Origin: Lytechinus pictus
Taxonomy: Eukaryota
Assembly: GCF_037042905.1 (NCBI RefSeq)
Contig: NC_087245.1
Location: forward strand, 24,182,001 to 24,246,000
Direction: 5' to 3'
DNA: 64,000 nt
How positions within the stretch are numbered: the stretch's first letter is position 1; every line of letters begins with the position of its first letter. The position numbers were made by a program, and so were the translations under genes. A model generated the notes under the pieces. That model was not told where the DNA came from, ran no database searches, and worked only from the letters and a program-made list of their open reading frames with translations. Shown here piece after piece: positions 13,242 through 26,400 of the stretch.

Positions 13242-13399
13242 TGTCCAATTTTTTGGCGGACGGTTTTGCCCCCACCCTGTGGAAAATCCTAGGTAAGCCA
13301 CTGGTTGTGACTCGTCAGGGGGGGGCAGGAATACGTCCCCTGCATGAGTTGTGACTCGTCAGGGGAGCAGTCTGCCCCCCCCCCCCAGGTACGCTAGTG
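12771..13399. mobile_element. hAT-like MITE, TSD TCCTGTGT, with an inverted copy of the same family nested at 13034-13303
   Basis: CACTGGCGTACCT / AGGTACGCTAGTG; inner TSD G(A/T)TGTGAC. Confidence 0.7.
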
Positions 13400-13418
13400 T
13401 CCTGTGTAAATGCTTTAA

Positions 13419-14027
13419 GGGATGGTCCAGGCTGGAAGGCTGGATATATTTATATCTCAATAAATATAATATGTATAATGTACAAAGCAAAATGCTGAAA
13501 ATTGATCAAAATCGGATAACAAATAGCGAAGTTATTGATTTTTAAAGATTTGCAATATTCCGGTGAAACAGTTCTAGGCAAGTCTTCATAAATATTCATT
13601 AGGTGGACTGAAAATGTCATATCCCTACTTGTTCTTTTGTATTTTATTATATTAAATTAGGTTTATTCAAATTTTTTCTACCAATTAACTAAAACAATTG
13701 CATTGACAACTGATTAAGTGCATTAGTTATTTATTGCACCAACTTATTTCATCATAATGGAGACACATCATTAACACATGTATGAAAAATGAATCAATTA
13801 TGATTTCATGTAATAACATAAGAAAAGGGAAAGTGGGGATATGACATCACCAGCCCTTCTAATAAATATTCATGATTATGTGCATATAACTGTTTTCACA
13901 AAATATTTATAAACTTTAAAATTCAATAACTTCGTTATTTGTTGTCCGATTTTGATTTTCAGCATTTGGCTTTGTGAATTTTACTCTATTTATTTAGATA
14001 TAAATATTTTCAGCCCGGACAATCCCT
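13419..14027. mobile_element. Kolobok-like MITE (TTAA TSD)
   Basis: TTAA|GGGATGGTCCAGGCTG ... CAGCCCGGACAATCCCT|TTAA; a degenerate relative lies at ~56033-56480. Confidence 0.7.
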
Positions 14028-14260
14028 TTAATTCAGCCTTGTACTATTATGGCAATCTCTGTTTGGGGCAACTGTGCAGCAGCCGACAAATTTTCCCGAA
14101 GTAGATTGCAAAAAAGAGCTGCTAGATATCGGTATCTGGAATATCTGACTATCAACTTGCGAGCGGGAATGCACTGATAAATCAACTCTCCTGGCAAACT
14201 ATTGACCACCGTCGGGATTATTTTGAAAATACATAAGCGGGGAGGGGCGACGCCCCTTAT

Positions 14261-15150
14261 CAGGGGCGTCGATCCATTTTTCAGATTGGGGGCAAAATCA
14301 TGAATCAACTTTCCAAAGGCGCTCGATCACACAAAACAAATAAACTCACACACACACACATACCTGCTTACATGGCTTATATATACATATATGACTCATG
14401 AGATAGAGACACATAATCTCACCAACAAATTAATGCGAGCGCGGAGCGTGATAAGCGAGCTGAAAATTTTAAGCATACCTGACCTGAAAACAGGCAAAAG
14501 GTGCCTGTTTAGGACTATTTGTAGTAACTCATGAGGAGGATACGTATCTCACTACACAGATAATGCGAGTGCCGAGAGCGAGCTGAAATTTCGTTATATT
14601 CTGACCCGAAAGCTTGATGTTCTGAGCATTTTTGGTACCAATGATTAAGATGGGTATCTAAAAAAAGACAATAGATGCGAGTGCGAAGCGCGAGCTAAAA
14701 TTTTTATATTTCGATATGAAAAAATTGACAGTAATTTAATGGACGTTTTTAATAAAGAACAATATATTTATCCAACAAAAGGTTATTGCATATCGAAGCG
14801 GGAGTTCTTTTGAGGTTTAGAACTGAAAACGGGACATGCTATTCACCTATTTAATCATGAAAAGTATGGGTTTTTGCTACAGAAATGATGCGAGCGCGAA
14901 GCGCGAGCTGAAAAATTTTGTATTCCAATCTGAAGAGCTGACATTTTGAGCACAATTTGAAATAAAGAACGAGTTGTGTATCTCCATCTCGCTTGCTAAT
15001 TTCTGTGTAACATTATATCATCTTGTTTTATTTTTGCACATGCGGAATCATTGGAAAGGGGGGGGGGGGCAAAACGATATGTTTGCCCCCCAATATTTTC
15101 ATTGGTGGGGCGATCATCCCCCCCCCCTCCCCTCAGGATCGACGCCTCTG
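14261..15150. mobile_element. hAT-like MITE, TSD CCCCTTAT
   Basis: CAGGGGCGTCGATCC / GGATCGACGCCTCTG; internal GCGAGCGCGAAGCGCG repeats. Confidence 0.75.
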
Positions 15151-16310
15151 CCCCTTATACACTTGTACATGAGAATAGCCAGAAATTCTGGCGACGCGTC
15201 GCCCCTCCCCGCTTCAAATGAAATTGAAATGTATTTCGTCATGGCATGAATACTAGGAATGCAACTCAATATAGTATTACCCGAACTTAACATATCCCTA
15301 TTCAAACAATCCTTTAAATATGCCGGAGCAGTAACTTAAAATAAACTCCCTGATGATATCCAGAATGCCCTTTCGGTTGAAAGTTTCAAATATTGATATT
15401 AGAAATCTCGCTTAGATCAATTTTAATTGAATTTTTTTATTTTCGTTCATAAATACTTATAGTATTGTTATTATTAGCATGATTACCCAAGAATACACAT
15501 CTAGTTATTATCGATTATTATGATTTCCCTGTATGACACTGCTTATTGGTATTTAATACAATATTATTCTTTAGATTGAGGCCTATTCCTGTTTTAACAT
15601 GATTTCATATCGATGTATAAAACCTCTTTCTTTTTCCTTCACTTCTTTGTTCTTTTTTCTTCCTGATGTTTCACTTTTAGTATTAATTATTTTAACTTTA
15701 GTTTTGCTGTATACAATTATTCCTAATTATTTGTAATCTTTCCTGTTAATGCAAGGGCGGAAATCTCTCTCCAAAGGTAAGGGGACCAGGGGCTGAAAAT
15801 TTTGACAAGCAAAAAAAAAAGGGTTATCACCCCAAATTAATGTAAGGTCATTTCGACAAAGTAAATTTGACAAGCAAAAAAAAGGGGAAAAAAAGTTATC
15901 ACCCCAAAAATAAGGCAATCCGTCCAAAATACATGTTTTATTTCGACTTTGAATCATGTATTTCTTTCCATAAAAAAAGACCAAAAATAGAAGGGGGACA
16001 TTTGATATTGTGTCCCCCTACTGATTTGAGTAGGGGGGGACGCGTCCCCCTGGGATTTCCGCCCATGTGTTAATGTACATATTTCTCTCCGGGCAGGACC
16101 ATAGCCTGCGAGCTGACTAATGTTTTATCCTGTTGAAAATTGTTTAAATAAAAAAAAATACACCCAAAATTGTATTCTCAATATAGTTATTTCTGCACTT
16201 CAGAGCCGATATCGATGTGACCATGCACAACCTTGAAGCTACTAATCTGTGATGATTGTGAATACATCGTCTTTTGTATCAGTGTTAATATCAACAATTT
16301 CATGTTTCAT

Positions 16311-17030
16311 CCGGGGGTACTCACTTCATTGACGAGTGAATACCAGGCGTGACCACAAAGAAACGCGTAAAAAAGTATCTCATTTTCAAGATTGGGCACG
16401 TGGTTACGTACGTAACGTAATAAGTGTCAAAAGCACTAAAATACAGAAAGTGGTATATTCATGTTATTTTGCCAGGAAAGCTACATGTTTACCGCCAAAT
16501 TTGCGAGGGTATAAAATCGACTAAAAATGCTTTATGCCCCCAAACTGTACGTACGTGTATATATAGAGTCCTATATTTGAGCAAGCTAGGTATGGGAGGT
16601 GGGGCGGTACTTAATCCAATGTACGTAAAGGTAAAGCCGACGTCCGTGACATACAATCCAAATAACGCTGTACTCAGGGGCGGATTTTCCAAAAAGGGGC
16701 ACATTTTCCTGAGAACAAATTGACTAGCAAAAAAAAAAGAAAAGAAAAAGGTTTTCAACCCAAAATTAAGGGGGTCCGGCTTTGCCCCCCCCCCCCCCTG
16801 GATCCACCAGTGACTGTACTGGTTTAGGGGGTCAATTCAGGGAATTGTCAAGGGTACCGTTTTGTTTCAAAAACTTGTTAAGGGTATAGGTTTCACGCGC
16901 CAATACTTGTTATGTTAAGGAGTGCATTTTCAGAATATGGGAAATATTTGTTTGGCGTGCTTATCGAAACCCCATCAGTGGTCGCGCCATGATCCACTCG
17001 TCAATGGAAGTGCCCCCCCTCCCCCCCCGG
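16311..17030. mobile_element. CCCGGG-ended MITE (same family), TSD TGTTT(C/G)AT
   Basis: Homologous to 1837-2385; carries a small nested insertion at ~16676-16812. Confidence 0.7.
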
Positions 17031-17422
17031 TGTTTGATGATAAAGCTCTTCACTATGGACGTTTGGGTGGACTTAGCCTTTATAGGGGCCCTTATAGGTT
17101 CATAAAACTTCGACCATAAGACTATTATTTCAAATTCAGACTTTCCAGAGACTCATCAAGTTTCACCGTCTTGATCAGCAAACTGAATGATGAATTTTGC
17201 TCACCCAATATCCAAGACTATACATGTATATGAACATGTCTTATTTTCATCTCAGATTGCTTTCTGCTTTCGTTTGCCTTTTCAACCTTATGATTAAAAG
17301 ACAAGATCGAGCTATGGACTACCTTGAAAGCTCTGTTTTGGCGGTAGATTTTTAGACATAAAACAACTTACCTATTTTTATTTTCTCTGTCAATCATGTC
17401 AATACAAATACAATCTAATATA

Positions 17423-18232
17423 CAGTGCGTCCCAGAAAAAACGAAACCGAGATTAAGCGATGATTTATCATAACTTAATCACAAATACAATAGACAAAAT
17501 TAATGACCTACCAATGTAAAGCTTATAGAATCTCCTCTTTCAACTGATATTACTTACATTATTCCCCATTCACGCATGAGTGAGCAAAAACAAATTGAAG
17601 AATGGATACCAAAAACTCATTTGGCGGGGGTATCTGAATTTCAAAATGAAAATCAAATGCCTACAAAGTTCAGTATCTGCTCTTTTATTTGATACCTTAA
17701 TCACAAAAAATGGTCAAGAAGTAAAAAAGTTATGTTCCCTCGAAACAATGCTTGTATTTCATTAAATAAACGTGTTTTCACCGGTTTCCCCACAGAAGCT
17801 ATCGCATTAACAAAAGACTGCATGGCTGATCGTCAACAAAACGGAGTGTCAAGTGAGTTTGAACGCTAGCCTGTAGAACCTCTTAATTTTATGAAATTAT
17901 TGAAATTCAAGCCTTATTTCAAATAGCAGAACTTTGTTATTTCTTGACCATTTTCTGTAATTGAGTTAACAAATTAAAGAGCAGATATTGAACCGTTTAA
18001 AAATGGGGCTTTCTTTTTGAAACCCAGATATAGCCCGCCAAATGACTTTTTGGTATCCCCTCTTCAAATTGTGTTTGCTCACTCATGCGTGAATGAGAAA
18101 TAATTTAAGTAATTTCAGATGAAAGAGGAGATTCTAAGCTTTACAATGGTAGGTCATTTGTCTATTGTATTTGTGATTAAGTTATGATGAATCATCGATA
18201 AATCTCGGTTTCGTTTTTTGTGGGACGCACTG
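17423..18232. mobile_element. Tc1/mariner-type fold-back MITE
   Basis: TA|CAGTGCGTCCCA...TGGGACGCACTG|TA with ~300-bp inverted arms. Confidence 0.85.
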
Positions 18233-18580
18233 TATTTTAATTTTAAAAAAACTCTTTCCAATTATCGGAAATGGACGTAGGCCTATTAGGCTATAATAAT
18301 TCTCTCTTTATCAAGCTGTCAGTTATAAGGCCGATACAATTTCACCATTGGAACTTGATTCTCCCGGCAAATACCCCACCACCATCACCCAGCATCCCAT
18401 CCTCTCTCTACCCCCTACCCCCCCCCCCCCCCTCGGTCGCAGTAAATTATTTATTTCCCTATATGAGGCCTGCGGCTGATGCATGAATCAGATACATCAG
18501 TGTTTCAAAATTATCAGACAGCACCGCATATTTAATTGAGATGAAAGAAATATTAACGTTTCCTAAATAATTGATCAACT

Positions 18581-18943
18581 CCCGGGGGCCGGGGGCATCG
18601 CACTCAACTAATGTTGCTGCTGTACATATGCGCGACAACACACACAAAAAAAAACCCCGCGTAAACCGGGGGGGGGGGGGTTACTTTTTGCTGATCATGG
18701 CACATCACGCGCGTAACACGTTAGGGTGTCAAACGGTCAAAATCGAGCAAAAAGGGTAAGATTGTGGGGTAAAGCACGTACATTTTTTACGGGTCGAACT
18801 TGCTTTTTTTTTAGGGGGGGGGGGTGCAAAAGTGTCAAAAATGCACGCGAAAATACTTGAATAGATTTTGACCAATGGATAAAACTTGTTTAGCGGGGTG
18901 CCAAAGCTGTTGTACAACAACATAGTAAAGTGGCTTCCCTGGG
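18581..18943. mobile_element. CCCGGG-ended MITE, TSD GATCAACT
   Basis: Exact 8-bp flanking duplication. Confidence 0.65.
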
Positions 18944-19672
18944 GATCAACTCAGTATATAAAGGCAATGTATGTGAGACACTGTCCACTCCCCTCCGCCC
19001 CTTCTAAATGATAAAAATATCCAACGTTGAAAACTGACAAAAAGATCAGAGGGATATGTAGTTATTGGGGTAGTCCGGAGAAAAAATATATATGAGAATA
19101 GGCCTACATTTTTCTTATTGTTTGAATCTTTTTGGACTAGAATTCCAATCAATTTGGCATACTGCAAAAAAAAAAAGGGTGGGGATAAAATCAGACAATT
19201 TTTTGGCACTTTCCTGCTATCGGTTACATTATAATAAATGTATAGTACTCACTCGAATTCAATTTCTTTACCTTCTGTAAATTTATTTTTAATGTTAAAA
19301 ACCTATCTACAAAAAGAAAATAAAATTTTAAACTTTTTGTTATGACATACGATTTTTGTTCAATATTGAATATCTGGTCACAGGCAAGTTTGCGTCAAAC
19401 AGATATGTCATTTTCCATTTTTAGGCAACGCAATGGAAAATGACATTCTTTTAACAAAATACATGAAATAAAGGAGTTTGCAGATCTTAATCATTTCATT
19501 TACGCATCTTAATGTAAACGCAACAATTCACTGCATGCGATGCATGTAATTAATTTATCAGTCAATTACTAGTATAGTCAAGTTGGAACAAGCACTAATT
19601 AGAAGGATCCGGAAAGACCGGAAGTCTCGACAGGCTTACCTTCTTCCTCCGTACACTGATGATGATGATCAT

Positions 19673-22600
19673 CAGGGGCGGATCGAGCTTTCGTCAATAT
19701 GGGGAATTTTTTTCACTAATTTCACCCATATTTTCCATATTTTCGATTCCCAGATCGGCCGCTCAAAGTTGATTTTGGTTTGTTTCATTGAATGGGTAGT
19801 GCTAACAGTCATTTCTTAGCTTAATTCTCATAAAAGATATGTATAACATACCTCCCCCCCCCCCAATTAAATAGTGCGAGCGCGAAGCGCGATTTTTTTT
19901 TTTGGGGGGGGGAATTTCATGTCTTTTTTTTCTGAAAATCGAATATCTGATCAATGTTTGTGATCCTGATCAACAGATGGCCTATATAGGTCTATTATGT
20001 AACTAACTGATTACTGCGAGCTGAAATTTTTAACATACATTCGATGGCCTGATCTAAAAGGAACCTGTTAAAGACTGTTTGCTGATACATATGAAGACAA
20101 TACATATTCTTTATATAAGCACTGATTTTAATTATGAACAGGATAGGCTAAACACTTAATTGGACAAAATAAATATTTAGAACTAAAAACGGGACACTCT
20201 ATTCATGTTTTATCAATTGTGAAAGGATGGTATCTTGTTACATTAATAATGCGAGCACGAGCTGATATTTTATATTATTATTTTGACCTATAGGACAGGG
20301 ACATTCTAAGGACATGTCATCATATGAAAATGATGACTATCTTTTTATTCCTCTTCCTATAACTGTATATAATGCGAGATGAAACTTATCGATATTCTAT
20401 TCTGAAAAAAGGGACAATTTGATTATTAGGAATTCATGAAAATGTAATATTATTCATCAATGAGAGCTTAATAAGGCTAATGGGAGCGCGAAATTTGTTG
20501 TTATTAAGGCATGCCCTGATCATATTAAGCATTTTTGTAATTATGAATACGATGCATATGGGTTAATATATTTTTAACAATTATTAATGCTAGCGCAAAT
20601 CGCGAGCCGAAATTTTTGATAAGCTGTCATGAAAATAAGGATATCTTCTTTAATGCATAACTCGCCAATCAAGGTGCAGCGCTAGGGTGCAGCGCTAGCT
20701 GATACGTTTTGACAATCAGACCTTAATAAAAGGGATATTGTGAGAACTTTAAGCACATAATAGGTATAGGCCTACTTGACAAATCAAAATCAAATAATGC
20801 GTGCATGCAGCGCGAGCTGAAATGTTGATGATCAGACCATAAAACGGACTTTCGTACCTTTTTAAAATCAATTTGTAAATCAAACAAAATAATGAAAATC
20901 GATGTCCGAGCTTAAATATATTTTGTATATAAAATCAAAACTTGATATTTTAAGTTCCATATCAGCTTATTGAGCAAGATAATATCATCGAACAGGCAAT
21001 GCAAGCGATCGAGAAGCGCGATCAAAAAATGATTGTGACATGAAAGATTTTTTTTAAATAAATTTTCCAAGTCTTCCCCTTACCTCATTCACCCGGCGTC
21101 TTCCTCTTGTGATAGCCCAATATAATTGAGTGATCGTAGGACATTCTGCTTATTTTACTAAATGTTTGTCATAGGCGGATCCAGGGGGGCCGGCCCCCCC
21201 CCCCCTATTGACGGAGCAAAAAAGGGGAAAAGGGGAAAGAAAGAAAAAAGAAAGAAAAAAGGGGGGGGGGGAAGAGAGGAGAAAAAAGAAGAGGAGGAAG
21301 ACGAGTGAATAAAATAAGATGAGGGGAAGACTTAGAAATTAAAAAGAATATTTCATGTCACTATATATAAAATTTTCGCTCGCGCTTTGCACTCGCATTG
21401 CCTGTTAGGTGATTTTCATATCTTGTTCAATTTGGATTTCAAATTTTGGAAGTCAATATAAAAAACATACTTCACCTCGGAAATCGAACTTTCATTATTT
21501 TGTGTGATTTACAAATTGATTTTTAAAAAGTGCTCTGTAAAAATATCAGTTTTATGGTCTAAATATTAACATTTTCTGCTCGCGCTGCGCGCTCGCAAAT
21601 TTTGATTTATCAGGTACCTATTATTTTCGTGTATTCCATAAAGTTGATTGTCAAAACGAATCAGCTTGCGCTGCACGCTCGCATTTTGATTGGCGAGTTT
21701 TGTATGTCTCAATATTGATTATACAACAAACTACTTAAAATCCCCTTTTTATGACAGTTTATCAAAAATTTTGGCTCGCAATTTGCGCTCGTATTAGTGG
21801 TTGAAAATATATTAACTGATGCATGCTATTTATGAATACAAAAGTGCTTGAAATTTCCAGTTTTCAGGCTATATTATCATCAGATTTCGCGCCCTCATTA
21901 GGCATTAATGAATAATATATTAATTGAATAATTAAAATTTTCCCTTTTGTTTCATCTCGCGCTTAGAAAGAGGAATAGGAAGATAGTCGTCATTTTCATA
22001 TGATGACATGTCCTAAGGATGTCCCGGTCCTATGTCAAAACTCAAAGTAAGAAAAATATCAGCTCTTTGTTAAGTGCAATTCATATCCACCTCACAATTT
22101 TCCTAAAAAGTGCTTGATATATGAGCTGAAATTCACTTTTTTCCAGATCGGAATATAAAATAGTTTAAGCTCGCAGTTCGCGTTCGCTTTGATTTTCATG
22201 ATAAAAGATGTCTTTAGAATGCTTAGATTCTAGGTCTAAATATGAAACACGCGCGCGCATGTTTATTCAGATTCTCAACTTGTTCTCTATTTAAATCATT
22301 ATCCAGTTTCAGATCACAAAATTAAAAAATTGTGCTCGCACTTTGTGCTCGCATTATTGATGTAATTGGAAGATCCACAATTATCATCCTTTTTATGATT
22401 TACAAAACATGAATAGAGTGTCTCGTTCAATATGTCTAAATCTCGAAAATTTCCGCTCGCACTTCGCGCTCGCATCAATTGTTTAGTTATGCCTATATAG
22501 CTATCCTTTTCACGATTACAAAAAATGATTAAAATTTTAGCAGGAATCTTTTCGATCTGTTCAAAACGTATATAAAAATTGTCTGCTCGCTTTGCGCTCG

Positions 22601-23227
22601 CATTATCAATGTTAGGAAGATCCCCAATCACTCATCCTTTTCATGATTTACAAAACATGAATAGTGTCTCGTTCAGTAGGTCTAAATCTCGAAATTTTCC
22701 GCCCGCGCTTCGCGCTCGCATCAATAAATCATTTGGTTATATACCTATTATGTTTAAGTTACAAAAAGTGCTTAGAATTTCTATTCTTTGTGTAAAAATG
22801 TCAAAAAATTCAGCTCGCGCTTCGCGCTCGCATTATTTGATTAAAAAAAAAAAATCTTCATGGCTAATTATAACTGCATGCCGCAGTCATTAACAGGTAT
22901 CTTTTCCATCAGTTCATTTCTGCTCGCTCTTCGCGTTCGTAGTAATTATTTAGTTGCATACACATCTTTTTAAGGATAACAAACATTGCCCAGAATTTTC
23001 AAATTTTAGGAAAAAATACATAAGATTTCCAAAAAAAACTTGCGAAGCGCTCGCATTATATAAATAAGGATTATGATATATTTATGTATTTTAAAAGAAT
23101 AAAGCTAAGAATTGACTATTAGGACTACCCTTCAAAAAATCATCTTCGAGCAGCCGATCGGGAAAATATGGCGGGAAAAAAATTCCGGGCCCCCCCCCTC
23201 TATTGGCGAAGGCTGGATCCGCCCCTG
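19673..23227. mobile_element. Two adjacent CAGGGGCGGATC-type elements (~19673-21110 and ~21173-23227), in roughly opposite orientation
   Basis: GCGGATCC..GGATCCGCCCCTG ends and repeated GCGAGCGCGAAGCGCG / CGCGCTTCGCGCTCGC motifs; a related copy lies at ~37722-39840. Confidence 0.6.
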
Positions 23228-23329
23228 TCTGTCATATCAGGCCGTGGACCAAAATAAAAAGGGTTAGCCCAAAATTACGACGTGGCCCATTTTGAAAATC
23301 TTTGATGTTGTATTTGTCTCAGTGTGAAT

Positions 23330-23390
23330 ACCGCCAATCCAAACCCATGCAATACCCACAATTCCTTGCCATGCCCCTTTCTCTTTGACC
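23330..23390 (+). promoter_or_regulatory. RPS8 core promoter: CCAAT, Staf/ZNF143-like site and TCT/5'TOP pyrimidine tract
   Basis: CCAAT at ~23334. TACCCACAATTCCTTGC (23353-23369) resembles the ZNF143/Staf site. CCCCTTTCTCTTT (23374-23386) is the typical ribosomal-protein TCT/TOP start. Confidence 0.7.
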
Positions 23391-23404
23391 TCTGGCCGTA
23401 CAAT

Positions 23405-23408
23405 ATGG
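23405..23408 (+). CDS. RPS8: RPS8 exon 1 coding part (ATG G)
   Basis: ATGG|gtacga lies 28 nt after a pyrimidine tract. The phase-1 join with exon 2 gives Met-Gly-Ile-Ser, as in vertebrate RPS8. Confidence 0.85.
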
Positions 23409-26400
23409 GTACGAAAATTTCTATAACTCTGAGTAGAATCTTAAAACATCGCCCTTCCCGTGTAATTATCAGGATTCTAGATGAATGTTAATGCTAATCA
23501 AATACTAGCTACACATAATATATAAGATTTGATTCAAATTCTATGTTATTTAATCGAGAAATACTGTTGAAAATAGTGTGGAATTCCCTGTGATGTTCGG
23601 TTCATAACATATGCATCGATCAATTGAACGCGAACGAATGTTATTTAAATTCGACTGCCATGGAACTGCTTACCAATAAGATATATATATTTCTACTTTC
23701 ACTGACTGGGTCAGACAGTGGAAGCGGTAGTATGAATGATGGCAGTTAATTTAAGGTCCATCATGTCCATCGTGAACTAAGGCCCGATTATTACTTATTA
23801 GTAAAATAATTCCCCACTTTGACAATGTTTGAAGTTTGCGCAGAGCTTAGTTAGTCCGGTCTCGGTCGAGACTGATTTTCATTTATTTTTAGAATGTCTG
23901 CGGCGCGGCCGTGCGCATCTTTCACTGACACTCGCTGTCTGCATGCTAGACCAAAAGCTTCGGTCTCTGTTATGTTGGTTGTTCAGCTGAACTCCGTTGG
24001 CTTCACTCACCAAATACAGAGACCGAAGTTCTAGCGCGATCTGTACAGGGGACTCAATGGCCATATGTTTATGTACTTAAGATCGGATAAAACGGGGAAG
24101 TGAATTTGCGCGACAGCCGAGGTAAGTCACTGTTTTTGTTCCTTTTAACTTGATTTTTCTCCGTTTTTTGGCAATTAATGCCAAGAGGGAATATTAATTT
24201 GCATTTTGGTCGCGTTAATTTTCAAAATTTTTATTCATTAAACTTTAAAGACAAAAATTGAAGAGCCCCGACGGGGGGATTTTGCATTGCAAGTCCCCTA
24301 ATGGTGGCTGCACGCTAGCAAGCCGTCTGTGTACGAGGAGAAATTTAAAAAAAAAAAAAAAAGTTAAAAAACTCCTCGAAACAGACGGCTGCCAGCTGTC
24401 TATCTGCATGCTAGCACTTGACTTAGCAGTGCCAGTGCCCTCACATTGGGTGATTTCAACAGTATGGTTGGAGCTACCCCTTATCGACCACCTAATTTTC
24501 TAAGCATCATATCTGCGAAAATATTTATCAGTTTTACCTAGTTTTCGTCTCATTTGTGCAGAAAATTGAGCAGATCAGATTCCCATGTTTTGATCGGCGA
24601 CTTCGATTCAATTCGCGTACCGGTATGCACGGCCAATATGGGAGACTCCAACAGGGGAGACAATCTCTCATATTGGAAACTTGCTTTGATAAAAAGGACA
24701 AAAGAAACAACAACCAAGGGATCGATATTTTTTCCACCCAAAATTTTGTCTCGCTTGTGACTTAGCCAAACTTGTTAGGTCAGAAGTAGCCTGGATCTGG
24801 AGGCGTCTGGGGAGTAAAAGTCATCTACTCTACGTAGGCTTACTCCCCACTGACGCCTGGGACGCCCCCGGGGGGGGGGGCACTCGACCAAAAAAGTGGT
24901 AGGGCCAGGGGTGTGCCGCGGGCGAGACAAAAAAACGGGGGCCTTGGAGTGGGCTTATTGTAAAAAGGAGGGTCCTCGGAACGGGCTTCGGAACTACAAA
25001 TGTTTGTGAAAACGGGGGTCCTTGGAACGGGTCGCCTGCGTGTGCATCCCAATGGAACGAGCATACGTGCATGCAGCTAGCATGGCGCACGGGCGCTGGC
25101 TGTGCCAGCGCAGAGGCGATGGTCGGAAAGCGCTCTCCGGCCGCTTTTCACCAAAATTGCGGCTCATCGTAGCAGATCGATGCGACCGGAACGGCGTAAC
25201 GGAAAATATGCGAAGCTTTGGAGCGGATTTCTTTCTTCTTTTTTTTTCTGGATAAGAAGAAAATGCTATGCCTTGGAGCGGCTTTCTTTGTTCTTTTTCT
25301 CAATAAGACAAAAATGCTATGCCTTGGAACTGAAATTTGAGTGTAAAAATGGGGGTCCCCTCCGCGGCACATACCCACTATGCATTATATACTGAGTGAC
25401 CCCCCCTCCCCCCCCCCCCCCCCCCCCCCGGGGGGACGCCAAGGTATATTCACGCACATACGGCCACTAAATCTGAAACTCTGGCCCCCGAGATTTCTAC
25501 TTTCCCTCTAAAAGATCTAGCCCTAAAAGTACATGGGGTTCAACTTCATTTCCAACATTTCTGCGATATCGATTTCGTTTTTAAAGAAGAATTCAATAGA
25601 AAAACGAGAAAAGTGTTATGAAAAGATGGGAAGAGCTTACGGCCGTGTTTACGTCGCCATCTTGATTTCTTTGTCTTCCGCTTGGCGACAGCACGAAATC
25701 GCGTGAACTCCATGGAGCTGCGGATTGTGCCTAGATCATGTGCGCACAGGGCGGGCAAAATTCAAATTTTCGCCACGCCACATTCTACTTCCCTGTAAAA
25801 TTTCTAGACCTAAACAGTGTAAATAGGCTAGAACTTCATTTCCGACATTTATACATTATTGATTTCATGTAAGACAAATATTCATGATGTTGGCGCCCTC
25901 TCTATGCATCTCGTAGCTACTAACAGAGAAAAAGATGGCGACGTAAATTTGACAAGTTTTTTCCTGCCTTCTCATGATATATTTCTCGGCTTTTTAAATG
26001 AATATTTGTTTAAAAATGAAATCAATGTATAAATGTCGGAATCAATCATCATATTAAAAAGAAAAATTGTTTCATCTTTAGAGGCAGCATGTGTTCCTTA
26101 AAGTGATCATTTCACTTTGTTCTGATTTTAAAAAATATCCTTTTGGTTCCTGAAAATGGGCTAAACGTTAGGCTTATAGTGTAAAAATACCATCCCAAAA
26201 GTTTCAAAGTATTATATTTACAGGATCAATTTTAAAACCTTGGAGATGTAAACCAAAGTTTGAAATAATCGGGAGTTGGTTTCAATGACTATGTGTATAC
26301 AGGGAATCTGTGCACCACAACACATTAATTCTAGATGAACACAGCATGACCTACATACAGTGTGTACAAGGTATACACTGAATGTACAGTGCAGCTAATA

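Noticed and set aside
23589..23705. C/D snoRNA in RPS8 intron 1 (GTGATGT...CTGA)
   Set aside because: No proper terminal stem and no recognisable rRNA guide
24057..24122. Alternative RPS8 coding exon 1 ending at the donor at 24122
   Set aside because: No ATG-G|GT arrangement giving MGIS; the TOP-linked ATGG|gt at 23405 fits exactly
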